Source of the DNA: Candidatus Bathyarchaeota archaeon
GTDB taxonomy: Archaea > Thermoproteota > Bathyarchaeia > Bathyarchaeales > Bathycorpusculaceae
Reading direction: 5' to 3'
Length of the DNA: 64,000 nucleotides
Assembly: GCA_963739305.1 (NCBI GenBank)
Contig: CAVTZU010000036.1
Coordinates: 1-64,000, forward strand
In this document: one piece after another, positions 50,644-60,002 of the stretch
Position numbering within the stretch: the stretch's first letter is position 1
How the letters are laid out: the number at the start of each line of letters is the position of its first letter
Notes under the pieces: generated by a model
Told to the model about the DNA's origin: nothing
What the model saw: the letters and a program-made list of their open reading frames with translations, nothing else
Databases searched by the model: none
Translations under genes and position numbers: made by a program

Positions 50644-52011
50644 TTGACCTGCATGTTTCGAAGGATTCACTTAGGAAGGATTCACTTAGGAATCACGGTT
50701 CCGAAAAAAGGCTACTTGGCCGCGGGACTGCTGCTTCGACTGTTTCTAGCGCCTTTTCTGAGTCACCCGTTCGACATGAGGATATTCATGGCGGTGGGCG
50801 TAGCGGTGTCGCGAGGAGTGACCCCGTACGGTCAATACGTCCTCCAAGACCTGTTCGTAACAATGCCTCATCCCAACCTCTACGGTGTGTTTCCGGGCAT
50901 CGGTTACCCGCCGCTATGGGGTTTGATGTGCGGCGCAGCTTACGAGATTTCATCGTTCCTCGCTCCAAACAACCTTTACGCGTACGTTCTTGCGCTGAAG
51001 ATTCCGATAATCATCGGTGAGCTGGCTCTTGCAGTGTTGGTTTACAATATCTTGAGGAAGCAGACAAACGAGAGAATCGCGACTGCGACCTACTTGCTAT
51101 TCATTTTCTGTCCGTTCATCCTCGCTGTAGGCACGATTTGGGGCATGTTTGACGCCATCGCGCTTCTCTTCGCTTTGCTTGCAGCCTACGGTTTGCTGAA
51201 CGATTGGAAGCTTTCAGCGATCTTCCTTTCTGTGTCCTCGATCCTGAAGGTCTTTCCACTGGTTCTCGTCCCACTGTACAGTATACTGCTTTACAGGGCC
51301 ATGCGAAAGTGGAAGCCCGCGGTTGCCTATGCTGGCTTCACAGTGGGCTTGACAGCTCTCTTCACTATTCTGCCTATGCTGGTTTTCAGCTGGCCCATAT
51401 CCAACCTGTACAATGCCTTGGCATATCACGTGACGACCTCAGAGTCTACATACAACAGCCTTGCAAGTTTTCCCTATGGAGCCGCGAGCCCGTTCAACTT
51501 GTTCACTCTGGCGAGTAACTTGAGCAACGGCGCCGTTCAACCTCCTTCGGCGCTGATCTACCTCTGGATACCGGCGTGCATCGAGATCTACCTGTCGTTG
51601 TGGAGGGCACCCGCGAACCCCACGGTGCAGGCTTTTGGGGCCAACAAGGACTTCGCTTGGACCGTTCAATGGTCTCTTCTATTGTTGCTCATGTTTTTTA
51701 CGACGCGGGTCTGGGTTTCCGAGCAGAACCTGATCTTTCTTTTCGCGTTTTTCACGCTGAGCGTCTTCCTGCAGCATCCGCAGGAGCTGGACCGAGTTCA
51801 GTTGTTGTGGCTTCTGCTGTTCATATTCGTGCTCGTACACGTGCCGATGGTGTCCTTCTTCTGGCTACCGGTTCCTTGGACGCTGACGGCGGCCAGCTCT
51901 TTTGCTGATGGACCCTTCGGGTGGACACGGCTGCTGCTGATGACCATCTTAACGTTCGGCTGGCTTGCAATGTGTTGGCACTACAGCATCAAAAAGTTGA
52001 GGTGGCATTGA
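50644..52011 (+). CDS. GT-C membrane glycosyltransferase (GT87/PIG-M-like)
   Basis: HPFDM, G.TPY, YPPLW, WGMFD, K.FP motifs; about 10 TM helices. Confidence 0.8.
   Translation: MTCMFRRIHLGRIHLGITVPKKGYLAAGLLLRLFLAPFLSHPFDMRIFMAVGVAVSRGVTPYGQYVLQDLFVTMPHPNLYGVFPGIGYPPLWGLMCGAAYEISSFLAPNNLYAYVLALKIPIIIGELALAVLVYNILRKQTNERIATATYLLFIFCPFILAVGTIWGMFDAIALLFALLAAYGLLNDWKLSAIFLSVSSILKVFPLVLVPLYSILLYRAMRKWKPAVAYAGFTVGLTALFTILPMLVFSWPISNLYNALAYHVTTSESTYNSLASFPYGAASPFNLFTLASNLSNGAVQPPSALIYLWIPACIEIYLSLWRAPANPTVQAFGANKDFAWTVQWSLLLLLMFFTTRVWVSEQNLIFLFAFFTLSVFLQHPQELDRVQLLWLLLFIFVLVHVPMVSFFWLPVPWTLTAASSFADGPFGWTRLLLMTILTFGWLAMCWHYSIKKLRWH
50661..50690 (+). repeat. 15-bp perfect tandem duplication at the start of the GT-C gene
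   Basis: AAGGATTCACTTAGG twice, encoding RIHLG-RIHLG in frame. Confidence 0.85.
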
Positions 52012-53162
52012 TGAAGGTGTTGACGTTGCTCTTGCACGACGAGAGGTTCAGCGGCTGGACTCTGAGAGACAAGCTCACTCGCCATCACTTTTCACTGCAG
52101 TACATGCAGCATTACAGGCAAAAGAACGCAGAGCCTCTGCTTTACACTTTCCATCAGCAAATCGACTCGAAGAAGACTTTCCGGATTGATAACGTGGGCA
52201 CTGTGAAGGTCTTTCCGGTTGAGGTTCGTTTTCCGCCGTTTCTCCGCTTCGGCAACGATCACAACCCACGACAGATAACGAGAGAAATGCTTTCGGATCA
52301 GCCTGACCTGGTTCATTTTCACAATTACTACTTGGCTTCGTTTCCTTACGTGGCTGCTTTTGTCAAGAAGAAGCTGCGAAGACCGTTGATTGCACAACTG
52401 CACGGGTACGATAATCGTTCACTTCGAAAATGGCTGTACCTGCCCTGCTTGCTGGCTTTGAGGCACGCGGATAAGATACTTTACAGTTACGAGCCCGAGC
52501 GAGAAGTGTACCGAAAGCTAGGTGTCCTAGAAAGGGCGAAGAAGCTTCCTGTGCCTGGGGTTGATCCAGCGATCTTCAGGCCGGAGAGGCGGTTTCCGGC
52601 GCAGAGGTTCCTGTACGTTGGGAGGATTCCGGCTCCTGAAGCAGCGCATGGCGAGAAATCTCCGTATTTGCTGATTCAGATTTTGAAGAAGCTTCTTCAC
52701 CGCTCGAAAGAGGTGGGGTTGGACATCGTGGGCGATGGTCCTGGGTTGCAGCGAACTCGTGAGCTCGTTAGGAGTCTTGGGATCTCGGAGCATGTGGCGT
52801 TTCATGGTTACGTGCCGAACCGTGATCTGCCCAAGTATTATCATGCTGCGGCGTTGACTTTTTCGCCGATCCAGGTTTACGATGTCGACGGATGGTTTGA
52901 CGGTTCGATACAGGAGAGCCTCGCGTGTGGGACACCGGTGGCTGCCTTCAAGGCGTCGCGGAGAACGCCTTTGCATGGAACCTATGGGTTCTTGTTATCG
53001 AATGACGCTGAGAGAGCGGCGGTTGAGCTGCACGGGCTGCTGAAGAGATCTGAGGATATGGATGAGGTTGCGGCGGAAGGTTCGCGTTTTGTGAGGGAGA
53101 ATTGTTCTTGTGAAACCGTGGTTTCTGAGCTTGGGAAGACTTTGGAGAGTGTGTGCGGTTGA
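52011..53162 (+). CDS. GT4 family glycosyltransferase
   Basis: PDLVHFHN, PGVD..IF.P, LYVGR, IVGDGP, F.GYVP, QESLACGTPV. Confidence 0.9.
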   Translation: MKVLTLLLHDERFSGWTLRDKLTRHHFSLQYMQHYRQKNAEPLLYTFHQQIDSKKTFRIDNVGTVKVFPVEVRFPPFLRFGNDHNPRQITREMLSDQPDLVHFHNYYLASFPYVAAFVKKKLRRPLIAQLHGYDNRSLRKWLYLPCLLALRHADKILYSYEPEREVYRKLGVLERAKKLPVPGVDPAIFRPERRFPAQRFLYVGRIPAPEAAHGEKSPYLLIQILKKLLHRSKEVGLDIVGDGPGLQRTRELVRSLGISEHVAFHGYVPNRDLPKYYHAAALTFSPIQVYDVDGWFDGSIQESLACGTPVAAFKASRRTPLHGTYGFLLSNDAERAAVELHGLLKRSEDMDEVAAEGSRFVRENCSCETVVSELGKTLESVCG

Positions 53163-54079
53163 AGTTGAGCATAATTGTTTGTGCCTATAATGAGGAGAAG
53201 TCGATTGGTCCTCTATTGGAGAACCTCCTGTTGCAAGATGTTCCTCCGGAGGTGGACGATCGTGAAATAGTCGTTGTTGCCTCAGGCTGCACGGACAGGA
53301 CGGAAAGGGTTGTGGAGGAACGGGCTAGGATGGATCCGAGGATCAGGTTGATTTCCGAGCCTGAGAGGTCTGGTAAGGCTACGGCGTTGAACAAGGCGTT
53401 TGAGGCTTCGTCGGGTGGTTACATCGCTTTGATTCCGGCGGATGTTTTTCTCGCGGAGAACGCTTTGTTTAGTCTGCTTGTTCCGTTTAGAGATCGCGGT
53501 GTGTCGGCTGTGAGTGGTCGTCCGATGCAGGATCCTAATCGGGTTCCTGAGGGTTTCTCTGGTTACTTGGCGAACATGACTTTCAGGCTGTGGGCCAGGT
53601 TGATGTCGAAACTGAATGATAGGGGGGAGATGGCTCATTGCAGCGGTGAGTTTATGGCGATTAGGAGTGATGTGAAGACCGATATTCCGTGTGATTGCGC
53701 TGCGGACGATTCTTACATTGCTATCGCGGCGAAAAGGAAGGGCCACATCAAGTTTGCTTCGAAGGCTGTTTGTTACAATTTGAGGCCTTCAAACGTTGCT
53801 GATTACATCAATCAGAGACGAAGGTGGCTTTACGGGCATTTTCAGACGAAAAGGATGACTGGTGAGTACCCGACGGTGCTGGACACCGTGGTCCTGTCGA
53901 AGCCTAGTGTGGCTTTGAGGGTTTTGGCTGAGGAGGTTACGGAGCAGCCGAGGACGGCTGGTTACCTGGCTTGTGCGATTCTGGTTGAAGGGGTTATTTA
54001 TGCGCTGTCGATGTTTGATCGGCTTGTTAATCGGCGCTATGGTGTGTGGCCTGTGATCAAGTCTACAAAGTTTACGTGA
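53153..54079 (+). CDS. GT2 family glycosyltransferase (processive type)
   Basis: IVCAYNEE, GKATALN, SGEF, ADD, QRRRW. Confidence 0.9.
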   Translation: MRLKLSIIVCAYNEEKSIGPLLENLLLQDVPPEVDDREIVVVASGCTDRTERVVEERARMDPRIRLISEPERSGKATALNKAFEASSGGYIALIPADVFLAENALFSLLVPFRDRGVSAVSGRPMQDPNRVPEGFSGYLANMTFRLWARLMSKLNDRGEMAHCSGEFMAIRSDVKTDIPCDCAADDSYIAIAAKRKGHIKFASKAVCYNLRPSNVADYINQRRRWLYGHFQTKRMTGEYPTVLDTVVLSKPSVALRVLAEEVTEQPRTAGYLACAILVEGVIYALSMFDRLVNRRYGVWPVIKSTKFT

Positions 54080-54090
54080 GTGTGCGTGTG

Positions 54091-54897
54091 ATGAGCAAAC
54101 TGTGTGTTGTTGTTCCGACGTATAATGAGGCTGAGAACCTTCCAAGACTCGTTGGGCAGATCGAGGAGACGTTGCGTGGTTTGAGTTTCAAGCTGATAGT
54201 GGTTGACGACAGCAGCCCTGATGGCACGGCGAGAGTGGCTGAACAGTTGAATGCAGTGCACGGGAACATTCTCGTGAAGTCGAGACGTGCCAAGTCTGGT
54301 CTGGGTTCAGCTATTCAAGCAGGCCTCAGGGCTGCTCTGGAGATGGAGGACGTGGAGAGCGTCTTGACGTTGGACGCGGATTTGTCGCACGACCCTGGTG
54401 AGATTCCGAAGCTTCTCCGTGCGAGTCAGCAGGCGGATCTTGTTCAGGGAAGCCGGTACGTCGAAGATGGCAGAGCCGTTGGATGGAGTTTCAGGAGAAG
54501 ATTAGTTAGTTGTGTTGCTAACCTGGTTTGCAGGATGCTTCTGCGGATGTCGGTTCACGATTGCACGGGTAACTTCAGAGTCTACTCGAGAAAGTGCGCT
54601 GAGGCGATTGTGAGTTCTGCGGTTGAGCGAGGTTTTGAATGGGTCGTTGAGGCTTTGTTTATTGCTAAGAAGCATCAGCTTGTTGTCAAGGAAGTGCCTA
54701 TCGCCTTTGTGAACAGGAAAGATGGCGAGACCAAATTGAAGGGCAAGGACATCGTGAACTGGGCCTTCTTCACGGGGAAGAGCCTCTTTTCATTAAGACC
54801 GTTTTCCAGTATGCCCGTTCAGGTTAACAGTACTATTTGCAAGTCGTCGGCTCTGAGTGTGACGTTGACTGCGCCGCCTGCTTCTACGACGAAATAG
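54091..54897 (+). CDS. Polyprenol-phosphate mannose synthase (DPM1-like GT2)
   Basis: VVPTYNEAEN, VDDSSPDGT, GLGSA, LDADLSHDP, GSRY, DCTGNFR, EVPI.F..R..GETKL. Confidence 0.9.
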   Translation: MSKLCVVVPTYNEAENLPRLVGQIEETLRGLSFKLIVVDDSSPDGTARVAEQLNAVHGNILVKSRRAKSGLGSAIQAGLRAALEMEDVESVLTLDADLSHDPGEIPKLLRASQQADLVQGSRYVEDGRAVGWSFRRRLVSCVANLVCRMLLRMSVHDCTGNFRVYSRKCAEAIVSSAVERGFEWVVEALFIAKKHQLVVKEVPIAFVNRKDGETKLKGKDIVNWAFFTGKSLFSLRPFSSMPVQVNSTICKSSALSVTLTAPPASTTK

Positions 54898-55601
54898 ACG
54901 CTTTCCAGCAGGTCGCCTGGCTTGAGTTGCCATGCGTTGTTAATGCAGGAAGTTAGGTTCAGCTGGTAGCTTTTCCACTGGTTTTGGGACAGTTGATCGA
55001 TCTTGTACTCGACCACGTCTCCGCCTTTGTAGATTATGTTGCCGCCTTGTTGAATGTTGCCCGATGGGTTGGCGAGAGCTGTGGGGCTGTCCCAGAGGTC
55101 CATTTCGGTGTAGACCACCGAGCTGTCGCTTCGTTGCACGGCGCAGGCGAAGGCGATACGTAGCCATTCGTTTCCAACGGTCAGGTCCGCATTAGCCAGG
55201 ACGGCTCGAAAACTTGCCGCCACTTGAACTGGTCCTGAAGTGTAGAGGGGAAGTTTTTGTCTAGTTATGAAACTTGTTGTCCACCATGCACCGGTCGCAA
55301 TGTGCCCGGCTTCGTTTGCAGATGTTTTCAGGCGCATCTCTGTTTCATTGATGAATGTGATTGTCCAACTGGAAGCGTTCGTGAGCCCTACTGTATGCGG
55401 GTTCCAAACTTTCGCGTTCTGTTCAGGATTGAGTGAGAGGTCGCCATCGGTGTTTATCACTTCCAGGTTTTTTGACACCAAGTCTTTCTGTGAGAACTGT
55501 TGTGCTCCTCGGGTGGCGTTGCCTGAGACGGGAATGTTGGCCAACGATAGAGTTGGCAGACTCACTAGTATCATTAAGACTAATGAGTAGTAGTTTCGCA
55601 T
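54819..55601 (-). CDS. Secreted hypothetical protein
   Basis: Signal peptide (LVLMILVSLPTLSLA), beta-rich composition, N-glycosylation sequons. Confidence 0.7.
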   Translation of the reverse strand: MRNYYSLVLMILVSLPTLSLANIPVSGNATRGAQQFSQKDLVSKNLEVINTDGDLSLNPEQNAKVWNPHTVGLTNASSWTITFINETEMRLKTSANEAGHIATGAWWTTSFITRQKLPLYTSGPVQVAASFRAVLANADLTVGNEWLRIAFACAVQRSDSSVVYTEMDLWDSPTALANPSGNIQQGGNIIYKGGDVVEYKIDQLSQNQWKSYQLNLTSCINNAWQLKPGDLLESVYFVVEAGGAVNVTLRADDLQIVLLT

Positions 55602-56230
55602 CTCTTCTGCCTTCTCCCGCCTGTGATGGTGATTGTTTTCGGGTTGTACGGGTGTACAATATGTACTGACCCGAACCTATATTCCAAGGTACTAGCGTTC
55701 TCGAGTGCCAATTAAAGCTTATTCCCAAAACCTATAGGAGAACTTTGGCGGCATTTGCGTCCCTGCAGAGTGTCATGCACTGAACTCTAGTATGTCTAGA
55801 TTCTAGAACGTGCTAATTTGGTTACAGGCTAAACCAATGCAGCTCTAATACAACAATCTTCTTAGCGGAGGCGTTTGAATGCTTGCAATGTTATGTGCCA
55901 GCTTTCATATTGCAGTTGCTACAATTAGGATGCCTGACGTAGGATCTCTGGTTCTCATTCCTCCAAAAATCATCAAAGAAAACCAAATAGTTAAGAGGAG
56001 GATATGCCGATGCGAAGAGAACTGGAAACTTCGCGTGCGCGAAGTTTTAGGAAATCACGAAGCATAATGGAATAAACAGAACTTGACATTGCGTTCAATC
56101 TGCACGGAAATGGCTCGAGAATCGTATAGGCTTTGCGTCATTATTCTTGAATTTATATTTAAAATTCATAAGTGAGATATATATACTGACTCATTCGCTT
56201 TTCACCACGGAAAATTGAAACGGTGACTCA

Positions 56231-57397
56231 ATGTCCGAGCAAGTTGTTCAACATACCTCCCAATACGCTGAATCACAGGTAGTCATAGATACTAAGGTGC
56301 AGCGCGAAGAGCAACAGCCGGGCGTCAAGATGAATATGAGGAAATACGTATGGTACGTCTTTCGACAATTCTACGAGTACAACCACAGATATACGAGGCT
56401 AAGCACTCTACCTCAAATTGGAGAAATAGAACCAACCAACAACTGCAACTTGCGATGTCGATTCTGTTCAAGAGAGGCTATAGAAAAACATCGCGGCCTA
56501 GGATTCATGCCCTTCAAGAAGTTCGAGTACATCGTAAAAACCTATAGTAAACAGCTCATAAGCCCTGTTTTAGCAATGCATGGAGAACCAACTTTCCACC
56601 CTGATCTGCCACGAATGATAAAACTTGTTAAAGATCAAGGCCCGCACAGTGTTAGCATCACAACTAACGGCACTTTAGTTGATGAAGATCTATTCATGAA
56701 GCTAGTTAATGCAGGGCTAGATGGAATGGAAATCAGTTTTGAAGGCACAGACAAGACGAACTATGAATATCAACGCGTGGGAGCGAAATTCGACGTTACA
56801 AAGAACAACATTCTGCGAATGTGTGAACTGAAAACTCAGTATCACTTACCGATAAACTTGGGGATAAACATCATTGACAATGCCATCACGCATGATAGAC
56901 TGCCTGAATTCATAGCGTACTGGAGCAAAGTGCCTGGCTTGAACAGGGTGGATACTGGCAGGATAATAGACTGGGTTGGAACACTGGACAAGAGCAGGTT
57001 CAAAGAACTTGTGCGAGAAGAAACTTACGCTCATCCTTTCAGCAAATTTAATGTGTGCCCGATCGCATGGTTCAAAATCGGCATAGATTACAACGGTTGG
57101 GTAGTTCCCTGCTGTCACTGGCTCACCGAACCGATGGGAAACATTTTCGAAGAACCTCTAGAAACGATTTGGAACGGACCAAAATACATTGCGTTTAGAA
57201 AGTTAATGCTGAAGAAAGGTCGCCATGCTCACGATTACTGTGCCAAATGCTGGGACGGAACCGTGAGGACTGATAGTCCATACTTCCATAAACCTAACCG
57301 AGCCTTTCCGTTCACCAAACGGTTCTACCGCAACGTGAAAGTTTTCATGCGATGGTCCACACAGAAAGAGTATGCACCAATTAGAGGAATCATGTAA
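56231..57397 (+). CDS. Radical SAM protein with SPASM/twitch domain
   Basis: IEPTNNCNLRCRFC, GEP, TTNG, CPIAW...G.V.PCC...GNI......IWNG...CAKC. Confidence 0.9.
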   Translation: MSEQVVQHTSQYAESQVVIDTKVQREEQQPGVKMNMRKYVWYVFRQFYEYNHRYTRLSTLPQIGEIEPTNNCNLRCRFCSREAIEKHRGLGFMPFKKFEYIVKTYSKQLISPVLAMHGEPTFHPDLPRMIKLVKDQGPHSVSITTNGTLVDEDLFMKLVNAGLDGMEISFEGTDKTNYEYQRVGAKFDVTKNNILRMCELKTQYHLPINLGINIIDNAITHDRLPEFIAYWSKVPGLNRVDTGRIIDWVGTLDKSRFKELVREETYAHPFSKFNVCPIAWFKIGIDYNGWVVPCCHWLTEPMGNIFEEPLETIWNGPKYIAFRKLMLKKGRHAHDYCAKCWDGTVRTDSPYFHKPNRAFPFTKRFYRNVKVFMRWSTQKEYAPIRGIM

Positions 57398-57446
57398 GTC
57401 ATGCTTGGCAAGTTTTCTTGACCTGAACCTGTTCAGTAGCGCGCGC

Positions 57447-57836
57447 TCATGAAATGAGGCGTGCTTGCCCTTTAGCCTCTGCCATTGCAGTTTCTCTTAA
57501 TATCCTGTCTGAGACTACGCGGAAGTATATTGTTTTTGAGTCTCTCCTTTTTGTCAGCCAGCCCATTCGAACTAGTTGGTTGAGGTAGCTGCTCTCCACT
57601 GCGCGGCTGCGACCGGTCAGGTCTGATACTCGTATAGAGTTGCATTCGCCTTTCGACGCGACGGTCATGTAGGTTTTTCGAAGGTTATCTGGCAATAGGA
57701 ATAGCTCTGAGGGGGAAATCTTTAGAGGCGGAGGGTTCCAATTTGAAAAGGATTTTTCAATGTCGTCAAGGCGGTAGCGTACTTCCCGTATTTCTCGGAA
57801 GAGTTGATCAAACAGAGATCTCCTCACCAAGTTCAT
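57447..57836 (-). CDS. Winged-helix transcriptional regulator
   Basis: Coiled N-terminus, then LPDNLRKTY...VSDLTGRSRAVESSYLNQLVRMGWL.K.R. Confidence 0.78.
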   Translation of the reverse strand: MNLVRRSLFDQLFREIREVRYRLDDIEKSFSNWNPPPLKISPSELFLLPDNLRKTYMTVASKGECNSIRVSDLTGRSRAVESSYLNQLVRMGWLTKRRDSKTIYFRVVSDRILRETAMAEAKGQARLIS

Positions 57837-57936
57837 TCTCTCCCTTCGATTCTGTCTCCGTTAGGCCCAATGAATCTTCATGGGCATTTAACAGTTTTTG
57901 AGAACGGTTTTAGAGTAGTTAGCAAATTCTGTTAGG

Positions 57937-57972
57937 AAAACTGCAAAGTCTGGTTTGCAAAATTGCAAAGTC
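57937..57972. promoter_or_regulatory. Putative operator in the divergent wHTH/epimerase intergenic region
   Basis: AAAA(C/T)TGCAAAGTC direct repeats at 57937 and 57959 (22-bp spacing); perfect inverted repeat TTTGCAA-AA-TTGCAAA at 57954-57969. Confidence 0.55.
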
Positions 57973-58061
57973 AAACTGGTAAGTCGTCTGCCTCCTCGTA
58001 AGCACGCGCGCAACCACTTTGATTTTTAAAGAAGAAGCCAAAATAGTGGTAAGCGATAAAG

Positions 58062-59042
58062 ATGTTGAAAAGCCGCAAAGTGATCGTGACTGGTGGAGCT
58101 GGGTTCATAGGAAGCTATCTGGCAGAAGAGCTTTTGAGCAGAGACTGTGAGGTCACGGTGATTGACGATTTTTCCGCGGGGACGATGGAGAACATGCAGC
58201 ATTTGGTCGGAAACCCTTCGTTGAAGCTTGTGAAGGAAGATTTGAAGAGTCCGAGGCAGCTCGATAAGATTGTTGCGGAGCATGATTTGATATTTCACTT
58301 GGCTGCGAATCCTGAAGTGCGTGTGGGGCAGACAGAGCCGAAAGTGCATTTTGAGGAGAACGTTGTCGTGACTTTCAACTTGCTTGAGGCTATCAGGCGG
58401 GCTGAAAAGGAGAAGACTTTGGTTTTCACGTCGACATCGACGGTGTATGGTGAGGCGTCTGTGATGCCGACTCCGGAAGATTATGGGCCGTGCGTTCCGA
58501 TCTCAACTTATGGGGCTTCAAAGCTTGCTTCTGAGGCGTTGATAACTAGTTATGTGCACACTTTCAATCATAAAGGATTGATTCTTCGTTTGGCCAACGT
58601 GATTGGTCCAAGGTCAAATCACGGCGTGATCTTCGATTTTATCAGGAAGATTGTTGCAGATCCTCGTAAACTTGAGATTTTGGGTGACGGAACGCAGGAG
58701 AAATCCTATTTGTACGTCACAGATCTGATTGGAGCCATAATGCATTTGACGGAGCATTGTCTTGAAAACGGTGGCAGGACTGCGATCTACAACGTTGGTT
58801 CGAAAGACAGGATGAGGGTCAAGGAGATTGCCAAAACAGTTGCGGCTGAAATGGGTTGTCCGAGAATACGTTACAGGTTTACTGGCGGGGTTGATGGTGG
58901 TCGTGGTTGGAAGGGGGACGTGAAGAACATGCAGTTATCGATTCAGAAGCTTTTGAGCACGGGGTGGAAGCCGCGGTTTTCGAGTAAGCAGGCGGTGAAA
59001 CTCGCGGCTCACGAGCTAGCGCGAGAGTTTCGGGAAGATTAG
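58062..59042 (+). CDS. NAD-dependent epimerase/dehydratase (UDP-glucose 4-epimerase-like)
   Basis: VTGGAGFIGS, HLAANPEVR, STSTVYG, YGASK, GDGTQEKSY, GWKGDV. Confidence 0.92.
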   Translation: MLKSRKVIVTGGAGFIGSYLAEELLSRDCEVTVIDDFSAGTMENMQHLVGNPSLKLVKEDLKSPRQLDKIVAEHDLIFHLAANPEVRVGQTEPKVHFEENVVVTFNLLEAIRRAEKEKTLVFTSTSTVYGEASVMPTPEDYGPCVPISTYGASKLASEALITSYVHTFNHKGLILRLANVIGPRSNHGVIFDFIRKIVADPRKLEILGDGTQEKSYLYVTDLIGAIMHLTEHCLENGGRTAIYNVGSKDRMRVKEIAKTVAAEMGCPRIRYRFTGGVDGGRGWKGDVKNMQLSIQKLLSTGWKPRFSSKQAVKLAAHELAREFRED

Positions 59043-59463
59043 TGCGCGCGGTGGGTGGCTGATGTTGGGTGTTACATGATTTGGAAGACGCGCATGACGA
59101 CTGTGGCCATCGGATAAGAAAACCCCAGAGCACCAACCTGTCCGTGATCTCTTTCTCCACCACTCCACTCAATCTTTTCCTAGCATATATTTAAACAATT
59201 CAGTATGAAACATCTGAGCAAATCTTCTAGAACATTATCCCATACTTTCTATAAGATATATAAAACTACTTACCAAACCCGATATATGCACCGCCGTCCT
59301 GACAGGGATACACAACCTACTTCTCCAACAAAACACAACATTCAACGATCGAGGCATGTGTGAATTCTTTGCACGCACTTCGAAGCAACCTTAACATAGA
59401 AGCATAAACCCTAGAACCTGTAACAAACCAAACAAGGCAATAACCAACGGAAGCCAACCACAA

Positions 59464-59991
59464 TTGTCCAAAAAACCCACAGAAGACGAACTGGACCAAC
59501 AAATAATCCACACCGTTGAAACGACAAAACCCGAAAAACTTGCCAGTTACCTCACCTCAAAATACGCCTTCTGGTACTGGACCACCATAACACTCACGAT
59601 CGCAACAACCATAGTCGTATTCACCGTGCCCGAAAACGCGTACCCACTCGTCTACATAAGATACTCTCTAGGCATAATATTCGTCCTCTGGCTCCCAGGC
59701 TACACCTTCATAAGAGCACTGTTTCCACAGCACCTTCCATTCACGAAAGGCCCAGCACACACACTCGAAACCTCTGAAAAAGACCTAGACACAATCGAAC
59801 GCATAGCTCAAAGCATCGGCATGAGCCTAGCCCTCGTCTCAATAACCGGCTTACTCCTAAACTACACACCATGGGGCATCCGCCTAACACCGATAATCCT
59901 AAGCCTCCTTCCACTGACCATAATCCTCGCCACAACAGCCATGATAAGAGAATACCAAACCAAACCTCATGAACAGATTCCATCTCAATAA
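59464..59991 (+). CDS. DUF1616-like membrane protein
   Basis: RYSLGIIFVLWLPGY..IRALFP, D.IERIA.SIGMSLA, GLLLNYTPWGIRL.P. Confidence 0.75.
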   Translation: MSKKPTEDELDQQIIHTVETTKPEKLASYLTSKYAFWYWTTITLTIATTIVVFTVPENAYPLVYIRYSLGIIFVLWLPGYTFIRALFPQHLPFTKGPAHTLETSEKDLDTIERIAQSIGMSLALVSITGLLLNYTPWGIRLTPIILSLLPLTIILATTAMIREYQTKPHEQIPSQ

Positions 59992-60002
59992 ACCAACAAA
60001 CT

